Origin: an uncultured Mycoplasmatota bacterium
Lineage (GTDB): Bacteria; Bacillota_I; Bacilli_A; RF39; UBA660
DNA length: 63,008 bases
NCBI GenBank assembly: GCA_947576095.1
Contig: CANPPW010000003.1
Coordinates: 1-63,008, forward strand
Direction: 5' to 3'
The notes below the pieces were generated by a model, which was not told the origin of the DNA, made no database searches, and saw only the letters and a program-made list of their open reading frames with translations. This document shows positions 1-10,373 of this stretch, in pieces. Each line of letters opens with the position of its first letter. The stretch's first letter is position 1. A program made the position numbers and the translations under genes.

Positions 1-456
1 TTTTATTCCTTCGCTTTTTTTACTTCTTTCTCTTCCTTCTTACTATGTTTCACGTGTAACATCTTTTTATTCCTTCGCTTTTTTTACTTCTTTCTCTTCC
101 TTCTTACTATGTTTCACGTGTAACATCTTTTTATTCCTTCGCTTTTTTTACTTCTTTCTCTTCCTTCTTACTATGTTTCACGTGTAACATCTTTTTATTC
201 CTTCGCTTTTTTTACTTCTTTCTCTTCCTTCTTACTATGTTTCACGTGTAACATCTTTTTATTCCTTCGCTTTTTTTACTTCTTTCTCTTCCTTCTTACT
301 ATGTTTCACGTGTAACATCTTTTTATTCCTTCGCTTTTTTTACTTCTTTCTCTTCCTTCTTACTATGTTTCACGTGTAACATCTTTTTATTCCTTCGCTT
401 TTTTTACTTCTTTCTCTTCCTTCTTACTATGTTTCACGTGTAACATCTTTTTATTC
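1..456. repeat. Perfect 64-bp direct tandem repeat: 7 copies (the first lacks 1 nt at the window edge) plus a 9-bp partial copy
   Basis: Unit tttttattccttcgctttttttacttctttctcttccttcttactatgtttcacgtgtaacatc recurs with period 64 (unit ends at 63,127,191,255,319,383,447). I can see no mismatch. The array abuts the 3' end of gyrA, and the window begins inside it, so true copy number is unknown. Confidence 0.97.
46..445. promoter_or_regulatory. parS: Array of seven identical parS (ParB-binding centromere) sites, one per 64-bp unit
   Basis: tgtttcacgtgtaaca occurs at 46-61, 110-125, 174-189, 238-253, 302-317, 366-381 and 430-445. Its reverse complement TGTTACACGTGAAACA matches all specified positions of the consensus TGTTNCACGTGAAACA. 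Confidence 0.8.
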
Positions 457-473
457 AAAAAAAAAAGAAGAAA

Positions 474-2903
474 CTAATTTTCCTCTTCATTAAATTCTTT
501 TTTTACAATGGCAACAGTGCTTACACGTTGCTCATCTTTTAAATTTATTAATTTTACGCCTTGTGCAACTCTACCCGTTGATGATATTTGATCAATTAAT
601 AATCTAATAATAATACCATTATCTGTTATAATCATTAAATCTTCATCACCATGTACAGCTTTAAAAGACACAATATTGCCGTTCTTTTCAGTAATATTAA
701 GTGCTTTTACACCTTTACTTCCTCTATGAGTCATTCGATATTCTTCTATTTTAGTTCTTTTACCATAACCTTTTTCCGTTACAACTAAAATTTCTTGTCC
801 AGAGGTTGCAATTTCCATTCCAACACAAATTCCATGATCTACATCAATTCCTTTAACACCTGCAGCTGTACGCCCCATTACTCTAATTTCATCTTCATTA
901 AAGTGAATCATACGTCCATTTGAGGTTGCAATTAATATTTTATTATTTCCCAAAGTTTTCTTAACTGATAATAACTCATCATTATCTTTTAATGTAATAG
1001 CTAATTTACCACTAGATCTAATATTATTAAATTCACTAATATCAGTACGTTTTACTAATCCATTTTGCGTACAAAATACAATATATTGAGATGTGTCATC
1101 ATTTTCTATTTTCAACATAGCACGCACTGTTTCTTCTTTTTCTAATGGTAATAAATTAACAATAGGTAATCCTTTAGATTGTCTATTATAAAGAGGAACT
1201 TCGTATCCTTTTATTCTATAGACTTTACCTTTGTTTGTAAAAAATAATAAATAATCATGTGTAGTCATTGAAATTAAATTTTCAACAAAATCTTCTTCAT
1301 GAGTAGTCATCCCTTTTATACCAACGCCACCTCTATTTTGTGTTTTATACGTTTCACTTAAGATGCGTTTAATATAGCCTTTATTTGTTAACGTAATTAC
1401 AATGTCTTCCACTGGGATTAAAGCTTCATCTTCTATATAATCTATAGCAGACATATCTATCTGAGTTTTTCTCTCATCACCATATTTATTTTTAATTTCT
1501 ATTAATTCCTCTTTTATTATATCTAAAATTCTATTTTCGTTTGCTAATATATCCCTTAAATCTGCAATTAAATCTCTTAATTGTTTCAATTGTTCTTCTA
1601 TCTTTTGTCTTTCTAAGCCTGTTAATCTACGAAGTTTCATTTCTAAAATAGCCTTGGCTTGAACTTCTGTTAAGGAAAATCTATTTACCAATTCATGAAT
1701 TGCGTTTTCATCATTAGATGATGCCTTTAATAACTTAATAATTTCATCAATATGATCTAGTGCAATTTTTAATCCCTCTAATATATGGGCCTGTGCTTCA
1801 GCTTTATCTAAATCAAATTTTGTTCTTCTATAAATAACTGTTCTTTGATGTTCGATATATTTTTCTAAAATTTCCTTTAAAGATAATGTCCTTGGTTTCT
1901 CATCTACTAAAGCTAAATTATTAATTCCATAAGTTGTCTGAATAGATGTATGTTTATATAAATTATTTAAAATAACATTCGAATTAGCATCTCTTCTAAG
2001 TTCTATTACAATTCGAATTCCATCTCTATTACTCTCATCTCGAATATCAGTAATCCCATCAATAACCTTATCACGCACTAAATCAGCTATTTTAGTAATT
2101 AATACTGATTTATTTACCATATATGGAATTTCTGTAATAATAATTTGATGTTTTCCATTTTTCATTTCTTCGATACTTGCTTTCGAACGAATTGTAATAA
2201 TTCCCTTACCCGTTTCATAAGCTTTTCGAATCCCACTATTTCCCAATATTGAAGCACCTGTTGGAAAATCTGGTCCCTTTATATATTCCATCAAATCTAA
2301 TACATTTAAATCAGGATTATCAATCAAAGCAATCGTTCCATCAATTACTTCAGCCAGATTATGTGGTGGCATATTGGTTGCCATACCTACCGCTATACCA
2401 GTAGTACCATTTACTAAAATATTAGGAAATCTAGAAGGAAGAACTTTAGGTTCTCTTTCTGTACCATCATAATTTGAAGTAAAATCAATTGTATTTTTAT
2501 TGATATCACGAACCAATTCCATACTCATTTTAGACATTCTTGCCTCTGTATAACGCATAGCTGCGGCTCCATCACCATCAATTGATCCAAAATTTCCATG
2601 TCCATCCACTAAAGTGTATCGATAAGAGAATGTTTGAGCCATACGTACAAGTGCTTCATAGATAGAAGAATCTCCATGTGGATGATATTTACCCATTACA
2701 TCTCCTACAATACGTGCACATTTTTTATGTTGTACAGACGATGTAGCACCCATATCATTCATTCCATATACAATTCTTCTTTGTACAGGTTTCAAGCCAT
2801 CTCTAACATCAGGAAGAGCACGTGCTACTATAACACTCATAGCATAGTCTAAAAAAGATTTTTGTATTGATTCGGTAAAAGGTAATTCTTGTAATTTATC
2901 CAT
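474..2903 (-). CDS. gyrA: DNA gyrase subunit A
   Basis: 809 aa. N-terminal [11 protein letters not shown] and [10 protein letters not shown] active-site region, C-terminal repeated beta-pinwheel-like segments, immediately downstream of gyrB. Confidence 0.97.
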   Translation of the reverse strand: MDKLQELPFTESIQKSFLDYAMSVIVARALPDVRDGLKPVQRRIVYGMNDMGATSSVQHKKCARIVGDVMGKYHPHGDSSIYEALVRMAQTFSYRYTLVDGHGNFGSIDGDGAAAMRYTEARMSKMSMELVRDINKNTIDFTSNYDGTEREPKVLPSRFPNILVNGTTGIAVGMATNMPPHNLAEVIDGTIALIDNPDLNVLDLMEYIKGPDFPTGASILGNSGIRKAYETGKGIITIRSKASIEEMKNGKHQIIITEIPYMVNKSVLITKIADLVRDKVIDGITDIRDESNRDGIRIVIELRRDANSNVILNNLYKHTSIQTTYGINNLALVDEKPRTLSLKEILEKYIEHQRTVIYRRTKFDLDKAEAQAHILEGLKIALDHIDEIIKLLKASSNDENAIHELVNRFSLTEVQAKAILEMKLRRLTGLERQKIEEQLKQLRDLIADLRDILANENRILDIIKEELIEIKNKYGDERKTQIDMSAIDYIEDEALIPVEDIVITLTNKGYIKRILSETYKTQNRGGVGIKGMTTHEEDFVENLISMTTHDYLLFFTNKGKVYRIKGYEVPLYNRQSKGLPIVNLLPLEKEETVRAMLKIENDDTSQYIVFCTQNGLVKRTDISEFNNIRSSGKLAITLKDNDELLSVKKTLGNNKILIATSNGRMIHFNEDEIRVMGRTAAGVKGIDVDHGICVGMEIATSGQEILVVTEKGYGKRTKIEEYRMTHRGSKGVKALNITEKNGNIVSFKAVHGDEDLMIITDNGIIIRLLIDQISSTGRVAQGVKLINLKDEQRVSTVAIVKKEFNEEEN

Positions 2904-2915
2904 TTCGTTTTCCCC

Positions 2916-4841
2916 CTATACATCTAAATTTTCTACAAACTTTGCATTCTTTTCGATAAATTCACGTCTTGGTTCTACCTCTTCACCCATTAAATCTGTT
3001 AAAACCTTATCAGCCATCATAGCATCATCCATTGTGATTTTCAAAAGAATTCTATTTTCAATATTCATAGTTGTATCCCAAAGTTCTTCAGCATCCATTT
3101 CACCTAACCCTTTATATCTACTAATTCTCATTTTGGTTGAATCAGGTAATTGTGCAACTATCTGATCACATTCCTCATCAGAATAAGCATAATATAATTT
3201 TTTATTATATTCTATTTTATATAAAGGAGGCTGAGCAGCATAAATATAGCCTTGTTCTACTAAAGGTTTGAAATAACGATAAAAGAATGTTAGTAATAAA
3301 ATACGAATATGGGAACCATCAACATCCGCATCGGTCATAATAACAATTTTATGATATCTAAGCTTAGATATATCAAACTCTTCTCCAATTCCAGTACCAA
3401 AAGCTGTAATCATGGACCGGATTTCATTATTTCCCAAAATTCTATCTAATCTTGCTTTTTCTACATTTAAAATTTTTCCTCTTAATGGTAGAATAGCCTG
3501 GGTTTTAGGGTTTCTACCAGATTTAGCTGAACCACCAGCTGAATCCCCTTCGACAATAAAAATTTCACATTCTTCTGCATTTTTTGATGAACAATCAGCT
3601 AATTTTCCAGGTAAAGATGTAACTTCAAGTACTGTTTTACGTCTTGTTAAATCACGGGCTTTTTTAGCTGCGACTCTTGCACGAGCAGCAGTCATTCCCT
3701 TTTCAACAATAATCTTAGCCGCATCAGGATTTTCTAGCAAGAATCTTTCAAATCCTTTACTAAACACGTCATCAGCTATTTTCCTTACTTCACTATTTCC
3801 CAATTTTGTTTTTGTCTGACCTTCAAATTGTGGATCTGGATGTTTGCAAGAAATAATCATAGTCAATCCTTCTCTTACATCATCTCCACTTAAAGATTCA
3901 TCATTATCCTTCAACATTTTATTATTTCTAGCATAATTATTAATGATTTTTGTAAGAGATCTTTTTACACCATCCTCATGAGTTCCACCTTCATAAGTAC
4001 TAATATTATTAGTAAAAGAATAAATATTTGAACTATAACCAGAATTATATTGAAGAGCTACCTCTATAGAAATTTTATCCTCTTCACCACTTAAATGAAT
4101 AATTTTCTCATGAATTGGTGTTTTATTTTTATTGAGCATTTCAACATATGCACTAATACCACCTTCATAAACGAAAATTTCCTTTTTCTTTTCTTCTGAT
4201 CTATCATCACACAAAATAATACGAAGACCTCTATTTAAAAAAGCCAATTCACGGATTCTTGTTTTTAAAGTTTCATAATCAAATACAGTTGTTTCCTTAA
4301 AAATCTCAGGATCTGGCTTAAAGGTAACTGTTGTTCCTGTACGATCTATAGAGCATGAATCTACCACTGCAAGTGGTTCTACAGTGTGTCCACCATTTTC
4401 AAATCTTATTTTATATACTTGACTATTCTGATAAACCTTTACCTCGACCCATTTACTTAACGCATTTACAACAGAAGCACCAACACCATGTAATCCACCA
4501 GATACTTTATAGCCACCACCACCAAATTTTCCACCAGCATGAAGTACAGTATAAACTGTTTCTACTGTTGATAAACCTGTTTTTTGATGAATTCCTGTTG
4601 GAATTCCACGTCCATCATCCTTTACAGTTACAGAGTTATCTGGATTAATAATAATCTCAATATCATCACAATATCCTGCTAATGCTTCATCAATTGCATT
4701 ATCAACAATTTCCCATACCAAATGGTGTAATCCTTTAGAACTAGTAGAACCAATATACATACCTGGTCTTTTTCGTACTGCCTCTAAACCTTCTAAAACT
4801 TGTATATCTGACGCATCATAATGTTCAATTTTTTCTTCCAT
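2916..4841 (-). CDS. gyrB: DNA gyrase subunit B
   Basis: 641 aa. GHKL ATPase motifs ([29 protein letters not shown]) and Toprim motifs [10 protein letters not shown] and [12 protein letters not shown]. Confidence 0.97.
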   Translation of the reverse strand: MEEKIEHYDASDIQVLEGLEAVRKRPGMYIGSTSSKGLHHLVWEIVDNAIDEALAGYCDDIEIIINPDNSVTVKDDGRGIPTGIHQKTGLSTVETVYTVLHAGGKFGGGGYKVSGGLHGVGASVVNALSKWVEVKVYQNSQVYKIRFENGGHTVEPLAVVDSCSIDRTGTTVTFKPDPEIFKETTVFDYETLKTRIRELAFLNRGLRIILCDDRSEEKKKEIFVYEGGISAYVEMLNKNKTPIHEKIIHLSGEEDKISIEVALQYNSGYSSNIYSFTNNISTYEGGTHEDGVKRSLTKIINNYARNNKMLKDNDESLSGDDVREGLTMIISCKHPDPQFEGQTKTKLGNSEVRKIADDVFSKGFERFLLENPDAAKIIVEKGMTAARARVAAKKARDLTRRKTVLEVTSLPGKLADCSSKNAEECEIFIVEGDSAGGSAKSGRNPKTQAILPLRGKILNVEKARLDRILGNNEIRSMITAFGTGIGEEFDISKLRYHKIVIMTDADVDGSHIRILLLTFFYRYFKPLVEQGYIYAAQPPLYKIEYNKKLYYAYSDEECDQIVAQLPDSTKMRISRYKGLGEMDAEELWDTTMNIENRILLKITMDDAMMADKVLTDLMGEEVEPRREFIEKNAKFVENLDV

Positions 4842-5945
4842 TTATATCACCTCTTCTTGTTTTATTATTTTTCCATTTTCTATTTGAATTAATTTAGCCT
4901 TTTTTAAAACTTCTTCTTTAATAGATGTCAAATCAGTCGTTGTGATAATTGCTTGTATATGATCTGATATATAATCAATTAGATTTTCTCTTTTCATGTA
5001 ATCTAATTCACTAAATACATCATCTAATAACAAAATAGGAGTTTCACCTTTATACCTTTTATATAACTCTATTTCAGCCAGTTTAAAAGCTAAAACCGCA
5101 GATCTTTGCTGCCCTTGTGAAGCATAAGAATTCATATCTTTATTTCCCAAGAAAAAAAGTAAATCATCTCGATGAGGTCCAAATAAGGTTTTTTTTTGCA
5201 ACCGTTCTTTTTGTTTTATCGTTTCGTAATATTTTTGCAAAATATCTAAATCATATGTATCTGTAAAATCTACATCTTCTGTTTTATAGAAAACCCTAAA
5301 ATCATGCATATGCATAATATGATAATAAATAGGTTCAACATATTCATTAATCCGTTCAATAAACCTATTTCTCATTTTATATAGCAATAAAGCCTTTTCT
5401 ATAAAATATTTTGTTAAAATACTAAAATAATTTTCATCAAAATAAGGTTGTTTTAAATATTCATTACGCATTTTTAACAATTTATTATAATCTGTTAATA
5501 CATTATAATAAACATTTTGTAACCCACTAATTTCTGTATTGATGAACTTTCTTCTTGTCGAAGGAGATCCTTTTACAATATCCAAATCCTCTGGATAAAA
5601 AATAATAACATCTAAATTAGAAATATAATCACTTATTTTTTTCAATAAATGTTCGTCGATTTTTAATTTTTTATGTTCTTTATTTAAAATAATCTCCATC
5701 TTTTTGGGAACAGTATTCGTTTGCAAGGTTCCAGTAATCTTTGCAAATGCCTCTTCATCTTTAATGAGAGCCATCTCCATTACACTTCTGTGAGATTTTG
5801 TATATCCTAATACATAAATACTTTCTAATAGATTGCTTTTACCTTGTCCATTTTCACCATATATTATATTCACTCTAGGATGAAAAGAAAGCGATAAAGA
5901 TCTATAATTTCGAAAGTTTACTATTTTTAGATCTTTTAAAATCAT
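4842..5945 (-). CDS. recF: DNA replication/repair protein RecF
   Basis: 367 aa. Walker A GENGQGKSNLLE, SMC-like signature SQGQQRS, Walker B LLLDDVFSELD. Canonical position between dnaN and gyrB. Confidence 0.93.
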   Translation of the reverse strand: MILKDLKIVNFRNYRSLSLSFHPRVNIIYGENGQGKSNLLESIYVLGYTKSHRSVMEMALIKDEEAFAKITGTLQTNTVPKKMEIILNKEHKKLKIDEHLLKKISDYISNLDVIIFYPEDLDIVKGSPSTRRKFINTEISGLQNVYYNVLTDYNKLLKMRNEYLKQPYFDENYFSILTKYFIEKALLLYKMRNRFIERINEYVEPIYYHIMHMHDFRVFYKTEDVDFTDTYDLDILQKYYETIKQKERLQKKTLFGPHRDDLLFFLGNKDMNSYASQGQQRSAVLAFKLAEIELYKRYKGETPILLLDDVFSELDYMKRENLIDYISDHIQAIITTTDLTSIKEEVLKKAKLIQIENGKIIKQEEVI

Positions 5946-6076
5946 AATCTGACCTCTTTCTATCCAAAATCGTTCAATATTTAACTTTTATATATGAGAA
6001 GTACTCCTATACCTATTTATCATTATATCACAAAAGAACAATAAAAGAAAAAAAATAAGCCATATTTTAGCTTATT

Positions 6077-6526
6077 TTATAAAAATTTTCGATGTCTTAA
6101 AATAGATTCTAGTCTAGTAGCTCTTAAAACTTGATTTTCTAAAGATCCATATGAAATATTAAGTTCTAAAGTTTCCCCATTTTTAAATGATACTAAAGAA
6201 TTTCTGTCATTTTTTAAATAGTTATTCACATGTTTTAAAGAAATCCATGTACAATTATCAAATCGCGGAGAACTAGTTGGAAAAAAAATTAAATTTTTTG
6301 TTTCTTCTACTATAATGGGTGCCTTATAACTAATTCCCATTAAAGCTTTTGTTCCCTCTTTTCTACCAATAAAAGAACTTCCAAAATATTTACAACTATG
6401 ATTGATAATTTCAGTTGTAGTCTTATTTACCTCAAACTCTCCATCCTCTTCTATAATCCTAGAATGATTATTTTGTAAAGGAATAATAGCAATTGTACTA
6501 GTATTAATTTCATAATTTTGTAACAT
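6077..6526 (-). CDS. comK: ComK-family competence transcription factor
   Basis: 149 aa, collinear by eye with B. subtilis ComK: ATIAVLP/STIAIIP, SC(R/K)(F/Y)FGSS, GRK.GT, PP/API(M/I)V, IF(L/F)FPT.S, W(I)S, FSNGKTMELPISY/FKNGETLELNISY, ENQV.R(T/A). Confidence 0.8.
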   Translation of the reverse strand: MLQNYEINTSTIAIIPLQNNHSRIIEEDGEFEVNKTTTEIINHSCKYFGSSFIGRKEGTKALMGISYKAPIIVEETKNLIFFPTSSPRFDNCTWISLKHVNNYLKNDRNSLVSFKNGETLELNISYGSLENQVLRATRLESILRHRKFL

Positions 6527-6668
6527 CTATCTCACCTCCCTCTACAGATAACTTTCGTCAAAGAAATCTGATTTCCTCTCTTATACAACAAAAAAATGTC
6601 GATATTTATCGAATTTTGTCAAAAAAGAGAAAAAAAAGAAAAAAGTTCTATGTTTCCTCTTTTCCTTT

Positions 6669-7790
6669 TTAGTATGTCTTAATAGGTAAAATTAATTGAA
6701 TTAATTGGTCATTATTAGGACTCTTTACAATAATTGGTTTTATTTCACTATTGAATAATAAAGTTACTTCCTCTGTTTCTAAAGTTTTAAGAGCCTCCAT
6801 CATATATTTTGAACTAAAAGATATATTAATATCTTCACCATTTTCTTTTGTTATACAAACTTTCTCTTCTACATTTCCTATTTCAGGTATATTAGATGAA
6901 ATTACAACCTCATTATCTTTACTTTGAAAGCGAATTGTATTTTTTTCAGATTCATTAGTTAATAAAGATGCCCTATCAATTGCACTATAAATATCATTTA
7001 ATTTTGTTTGAATATGAATTAAAAATTCACTAGGTATTAATTTTGATGTATCTGGATAGGTCCCATTAATTAAACTCGATAACATAATAATATTATTAAA
7101 TTTAAATATAATTTTATTATTAAAAATATGGAGTTCAATCTGGTCTTCCTCATTAATAAACATTTTTACAAGTTCACCTATATTTTTAGTTGGAATGGTA
7201 ACATTAATATCCTCAATAACATTTTCTTCAATTTTAATTGTTTTTTTAGCAAGACGATAAGAATCTGTAGCAGTACATTCCATAATATTTCCATTTATTT
7301 TAAAATTAATTCCTGTTAAAATGGGTCTCGTCTCCTGAGTCGACGTTGCAAAAGCAGTTTGCAAATAAATTGTTTTTAAAACTTTTTGAGTTAAAATGAT
7401 GGGATTTTTATGATCTTCTAAATCAATTTGTGGAAAATCACTGACTAAATTACAATTTAAATAAAATGATGAATTTTCTGTATATATATATAATCTAGAG
7501 TCTACAGCTTCTTCTATATTAATAATTGTATTAGGAAGTTTTCTAACAATATCATATATATATTTTCCTGATATAACCACTTCTCCTAATATATCAATTG
7601 TATCTATTTCTTTTTTATCTATAAAAGTTTTTATAGCAATATCGTTGTCTGTACTTATTAAATATAAACCATGTTCTGTTAATTCAAATTTAATACAATT
7701 TAAAATGGGTATTAAATTTTTACTTGATATTCCTTTTATTGCATAATTTAAATGTTCCATTAATATATTTTGTTTAATTTTTAATTTCAT
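6669..7790 (-). CDS. dnaN: DNA polymerase III beta sliding clamp
   Basis: 373 aa, three-domain clamp length, typical N-terminus (MKLKI...L...I..V.......PIL) and C-terminal LILPI(K)TY. Immediately downstream of dnaA. Confidence 0.93.
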   Translation of the reverse strand: MKLKIKQNILMEHLNYAIKGISSKNLIPILNCIKFELTEHGLYLISTDNDIAIKTFIDKKEIDTIDILGEVVISGKYIYDIVRKLPNTIINIEEAVDSRLYIYTENSSFYLNCNLVSDFPQIDLEDHKNPIILTQKVLKTIYLQTAFATSTQETRPILTGINFKINGNIMECTATDSYRLAKKTIKIEENVIEDINVTIPTKNIGELVKMFINEEDQIELHIFNNKIIFKFNNIIMLSSLINGTYPDTSKLIPSEFLIHIQTKLNDIYSAIDRASLLTNESEKNTIRFQSKDNEVVISSNIPEIGNVEEKVCITKENGEDINISFSSKYMMEALKTLETEEVTLLFNSEIKPIIVKSPNNDQLIQLILPIKTY

Positions 7791-7837
7791 AAATCCTCCT
7801 TATTTAATATACTTTATAAATTTATTATTATTATAGA

Positions 7838-7947
7838 TGTGGAAAATGTGGATAATTTTTAGATTTCCTTTTATTTTTAAGGAAAAAAAGAGTTTGAATA
7901 ATGTCGAAAACTGTTTTTTTATCCACTGTGTATTTCTTTTATCCACA
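7838..7947. promoter_or_regulatory. DnaA-box cluster between dnaA and dnaN (downstream half of a bipartite oriC)
   Basis: 9-mers TGTGGAAAA 7838-7846, TGTGGATAA 7847-7855 (perfect TTATCCACA on the other strand), TTATCCACT 7919-7927 and TTATCCACA 7939-7947, all in an AT-rich spacer. Confidence 0.8.
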
Positions 7948-9297
7948 TTATTTAATTTGTTCTATAATTTTTTCAATTTGAATTTCAAGATTTTTATCTT
8001 TTTCTATTTCTTTTTTTATTTTATCAACTGAGTGCATTACAGTGGTATGATCTTTTCCACCAAAAGCAATCCCAATTTTAGGCAAGGTTTCTTCTAATTT
8101 TACTCTACATATATACATTGCGATTTGTCTTGGGACAGCAATTTTAGCTACTCTTCTCTTACTTTTTAAATCCTCCACTGTAATATTATAATTACTGGCA
8201 ATTAATTGTTGTACTTGATCAATTTTATTTTTTGCAGTGACGGTTTTTACAAAATAATCTCTTAATGCTTCTATCGCAAGGTCTATAGTGATTTCTGAAC
8301 TATTCATAATGGTTGCATAAGCCATAATTCTTGTGATAGACCCTTCCAGTTTTCTAATATCACTTATACAATTACTAGCTATATATTCTTTTACTTCTTG
8401 TGGAAAATTATTTGCCATTGGATTTCCTTCAATTTTTTTATCAATAATATCAATACGTAGTTTGAAATCAGGTGGAAGAATATCGGTTGTAATCCCCCAA
8501 TTAAATCTGGTTTGTAAACGTTGCTCTAATTTATTTAAATCATCGGGTGAACGGTCTGATGAAATAATAATTTGCTTATTATTACCATATAATTCATTGA
8601 ATGTATTAAAAAATTCTTGTTGGGCACTATTGGCGATTTGGAGATACTGTATATCATCAATCATTAATACATCAATGTCTCTATATTTTTTTTTAAATTG
8701 TTGCACATCATCTCTATTATCTGTAATTTCACTTTTTCGATATAATTCAATGAAGTCGTTAACGAATTGTTCACTTGTTACATATAAAACCCTTTTTTTA
8801 CTATTTTTAACAATATAGTTTCCAATCGCATGCATTAAATGTGTTTTCCCTAATCCACTATTTCCATAAATAAATAATGGATTATACATCATTCCTGGTT
8901 TTTCTGCAACTGCTAAAGCTGTTGTTCTTGCAAATTTATTACTCTGCCCTACTATAAAATTTTCAAATTGGTATTGGGATTTTAAATTTGTTTCAAGTTG
9001 GATGGATGGAATCCCAATTGTATCTGTATTAATTTCAATATTTTTTTCTACTTCTTCTTCAGTTAAATATTCAAATGAAAAATTAGAACCAGTAATATCT
9101 GTAAAAATACTTTCAATTAGATCACTATAATTTTCTTTTAGAAATTTTTTATGTACATGCATAGGAACTACCACTTTAGCTGTTGTTTCATTTAATTCAA
9201 TGAGTTTGGTATCCATAAACCATGTTTCATAAATCATAGAATTGGTATTTTCTTTAATTTCATTTAGAAATTTTCCCCATATACTATTGATGTCCAT
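7948..9297 (-). CDS. dnaA: Chromosomal replication initiator DnaA
   Basis: 449 aa. AAA+ Walker A GNSGLGKTHL, Walker B LMIDDIQ, C-terminal DNA-binding domain (GGKDHTTVMHS). Confidence 0.97.
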   Translation of the reverse strand: MDINSIWGKFLNEIKENTNSMIYETWFMDTKLIELNETTAKVVVPMHVHKKFLKENYSDLIESIFTDITGSNFSFEYLTEEEVEKNIEINTDTIGIPSIQLETNLKSQYQFENFIVGQSNKFARTTALAVAEKPGMMYNPLFIYGNSGLGKTHLMHAIGNYIVKNSKKRVLYVTSEQFVNDFIELYRKSEITDNRDDVQQFKKKYRDIDVLMIDDIQYLQIANSAQQEFFNTFNELYGNNKQIIISSDRSPDDLNKLEQRLQTRFNWGITTDILPPDFKLRIDIIDKKIEGNPMANNFPQEVKEYIASNCISDIRKLEGSITRIMAYATIMNSSEITIDLAIEALRDYFVKTVTAKNKIDQVQQLIASNYNITVEDLKSKRRVAKIAVPRQIAMYICRVKLEETLPKIGIAFGGKDHTTVMHSVDKIKKEIEKDKNLEIQIEKIIEQIK

Positions 9298-9352
9298 AAA
9301 GCACCCCCATTCCAGAGATCAGGAAAGTTACATACTTATTTTAATGCAAAAA

Positions 9353-9681
9353 TGTGGAAAACACAAGAAAAAACAAGGAAAAAAAGATATGAAATATCAA
9401 TCCACAAACTTATCCACTTGAAAAAGCTATAAAAACATTAATAAAAATATAGTTTTGCACAAAAATGTGGAAAACTATATTCACATAAAAAAAAGAGGGT
9501 GACAAAATATCTAACAAAAATGTGGAAAACATATAAACATTAAGTAAAATCCTATAAAGTTTTTCACATTTCTAAATATAATATCCACATTTTTTATGTG
9601 AATAAAAAATTTTCAATTTTTTTTCCTGTGGAAATTTTGTCGAAAAAAATCGAATAATAAAAAAATTATTTTTTTTCCACA
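9353..9681. promoter_or_regulatory. DnaA-box cluster upstream of dnaA (oriC / dnaA promoter region)
   Basis: TTWTCCACA-like 9-mers at 9353-9361, 9398-9406, 9410-9418, 9466-9474, 9521-9529, 9581-9589, 9627-9635 and 9673-9681, plus a weaker one at 9560-9568. The flanks are extremely AT-rich. Gene orientation flips here. Confidence 0.8.
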
Positions 9682-9782
9682 TATTAAGAAGTAAATCATT
9701 CTTAACATATCTAATTTTGCATAAATATATAATTAGTAAAATAAATTGAAACATACAACTAAATCAATTCCAGTAGTTTTTG

Positions 9783-9811
9783 TTGACAAAACAAATATTT
9801 ATCTATATAAT
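9783..9811 (+). promoter_or_regulatory. Consensus sigma-A type promoter for rpmH-rnpA
   Basis: TTGACA (9783-9788), a 17-nt spacer, then TATAAT (9806-9811), about 40 nt upstream of the rpmH start. Confidence 0.7.
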
Positions 9812-9853
9812 TATGAAAGCAAAGCGAAATAAAAAGCATAGGAGGTGTTTATA

Positions 9854-9976
9854 ATGAAAAGAACATATCAACCCAATAATAGAAGAAAGGCAAAAAAGCA
9901 AGGTTTTTTTGCTCGTATGAAATCAGGTATTATTACTCGTCGTAGAAAAAAAGGACGTAAGGCTTTAATACATTAA
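9854..9976 (+). CDS. rpmH: 50S ribosomal protein L34 (short, 40 codons)
   Basis: Absent from the ORF track because it is under 60 aa. GGAGG RBS at 9841-9845. Translation is [40 protein letters not shown]. Canonical position upstream of rnpA. Confidence 0.9.
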   Translation: MKRTYQPNNRRKAKKQGFFARMKSGIITRRRKKGRKALIH

Positions 9977-9982
9977 TAAGAA

Positions 9983-10008
9983 CCACTGAATCTTCAGTGG
10001 ATTTTTTT
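9983..10008 (+). terminator. Stem-loop plus T-tract between rpmH and rnpA
   Basis: ccactgaa tc ttcagtgg followed by a, then ttttttt. Confidence 0.5.
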
Positions 10009-10025
10009 GATATGGAGGATTTAAA

Positions 10026-10373
10026 GTGAAAAAAATCAATATTATAAAAGAGAATAGGGAATATGGCAGAATTATTGAAAAATATAAATCTTTTAGATAT
10101 GGTGATTTTATTATATACATAGAAAAAAATACAAATGATGTCTATAAATTTGGTTTATCTGTTGGTAAAAAGGTAGGAAATGCAGTTATGCGAAATAAAA
10201 TAAAAAGAAGACTTAAAAGTATTTTAGATGAAAGGGTCTATCAAAATGGATTTAATTGTATTATAATAGTAAAGAAAGCAATAGTAGAAAAATCTTTTTT
10301 AGAAATGAAAGAGGATCTATTGTATATAATAAATAAATTGAATATTACAAAAGGAGACGAAAATGAAAAATAA
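10026..10373 (+). CDS. rnpA: RNase P protein component
   Basis: 115 aa, GTG start. Basic motif FGLSVGKKVGNAVMRNKIKRRLK. Follows rpmH. Confidence 0.9.
   Translation: MKKINIIKENREYGRIIEKYKSFRYGDFIIYIEKNTNDVYKFGLSVGKKVGNAVMRNKIKRRLKSILDERVYQNGFNCIIIVKKAIVEKSFLEMKEDLLYIINKLNITKGDENEK

Noticed and set aside
1-456. The regular repeat array might be a CRISPR locus
   Set aside because: The units are directly abutting and identical, with no unique spacers between them. No cas genes are visible, and the 64-bp period is the whole unit.
2634-4648. Plus-strand ORFs 2634-2852, 3412-3819 and 4355-4648 inside gyrA/gyrB. Similar antisense or overlapping ORFs occur elsewhere: 7128-7319, 8333-8818, 11055-11243, 12283-12489, 13082-14399, 15141-15618, 17722-17931, 23143-27068, 30584-30775, 32184-32408, 35401-36665, 41235-41465, 43090-43344, 44825-45043, 46241-46987, 48797-49093, 50179-50595 and 56105-57124
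   Set aside because: All lie within or antisense to genes with strong motif support. They have skewed low-complexity composition and no RBS, so they are shadow ORFs.
7837-9754. ORFs 7837-8031 (+) and 9572-9754 (-) in the dnaA flanks
   Set aside because: They run through the DnaA-box clusters and AT-rich origin DNA. Their translations are F/I/K/N-rich nonsense with no RBS.
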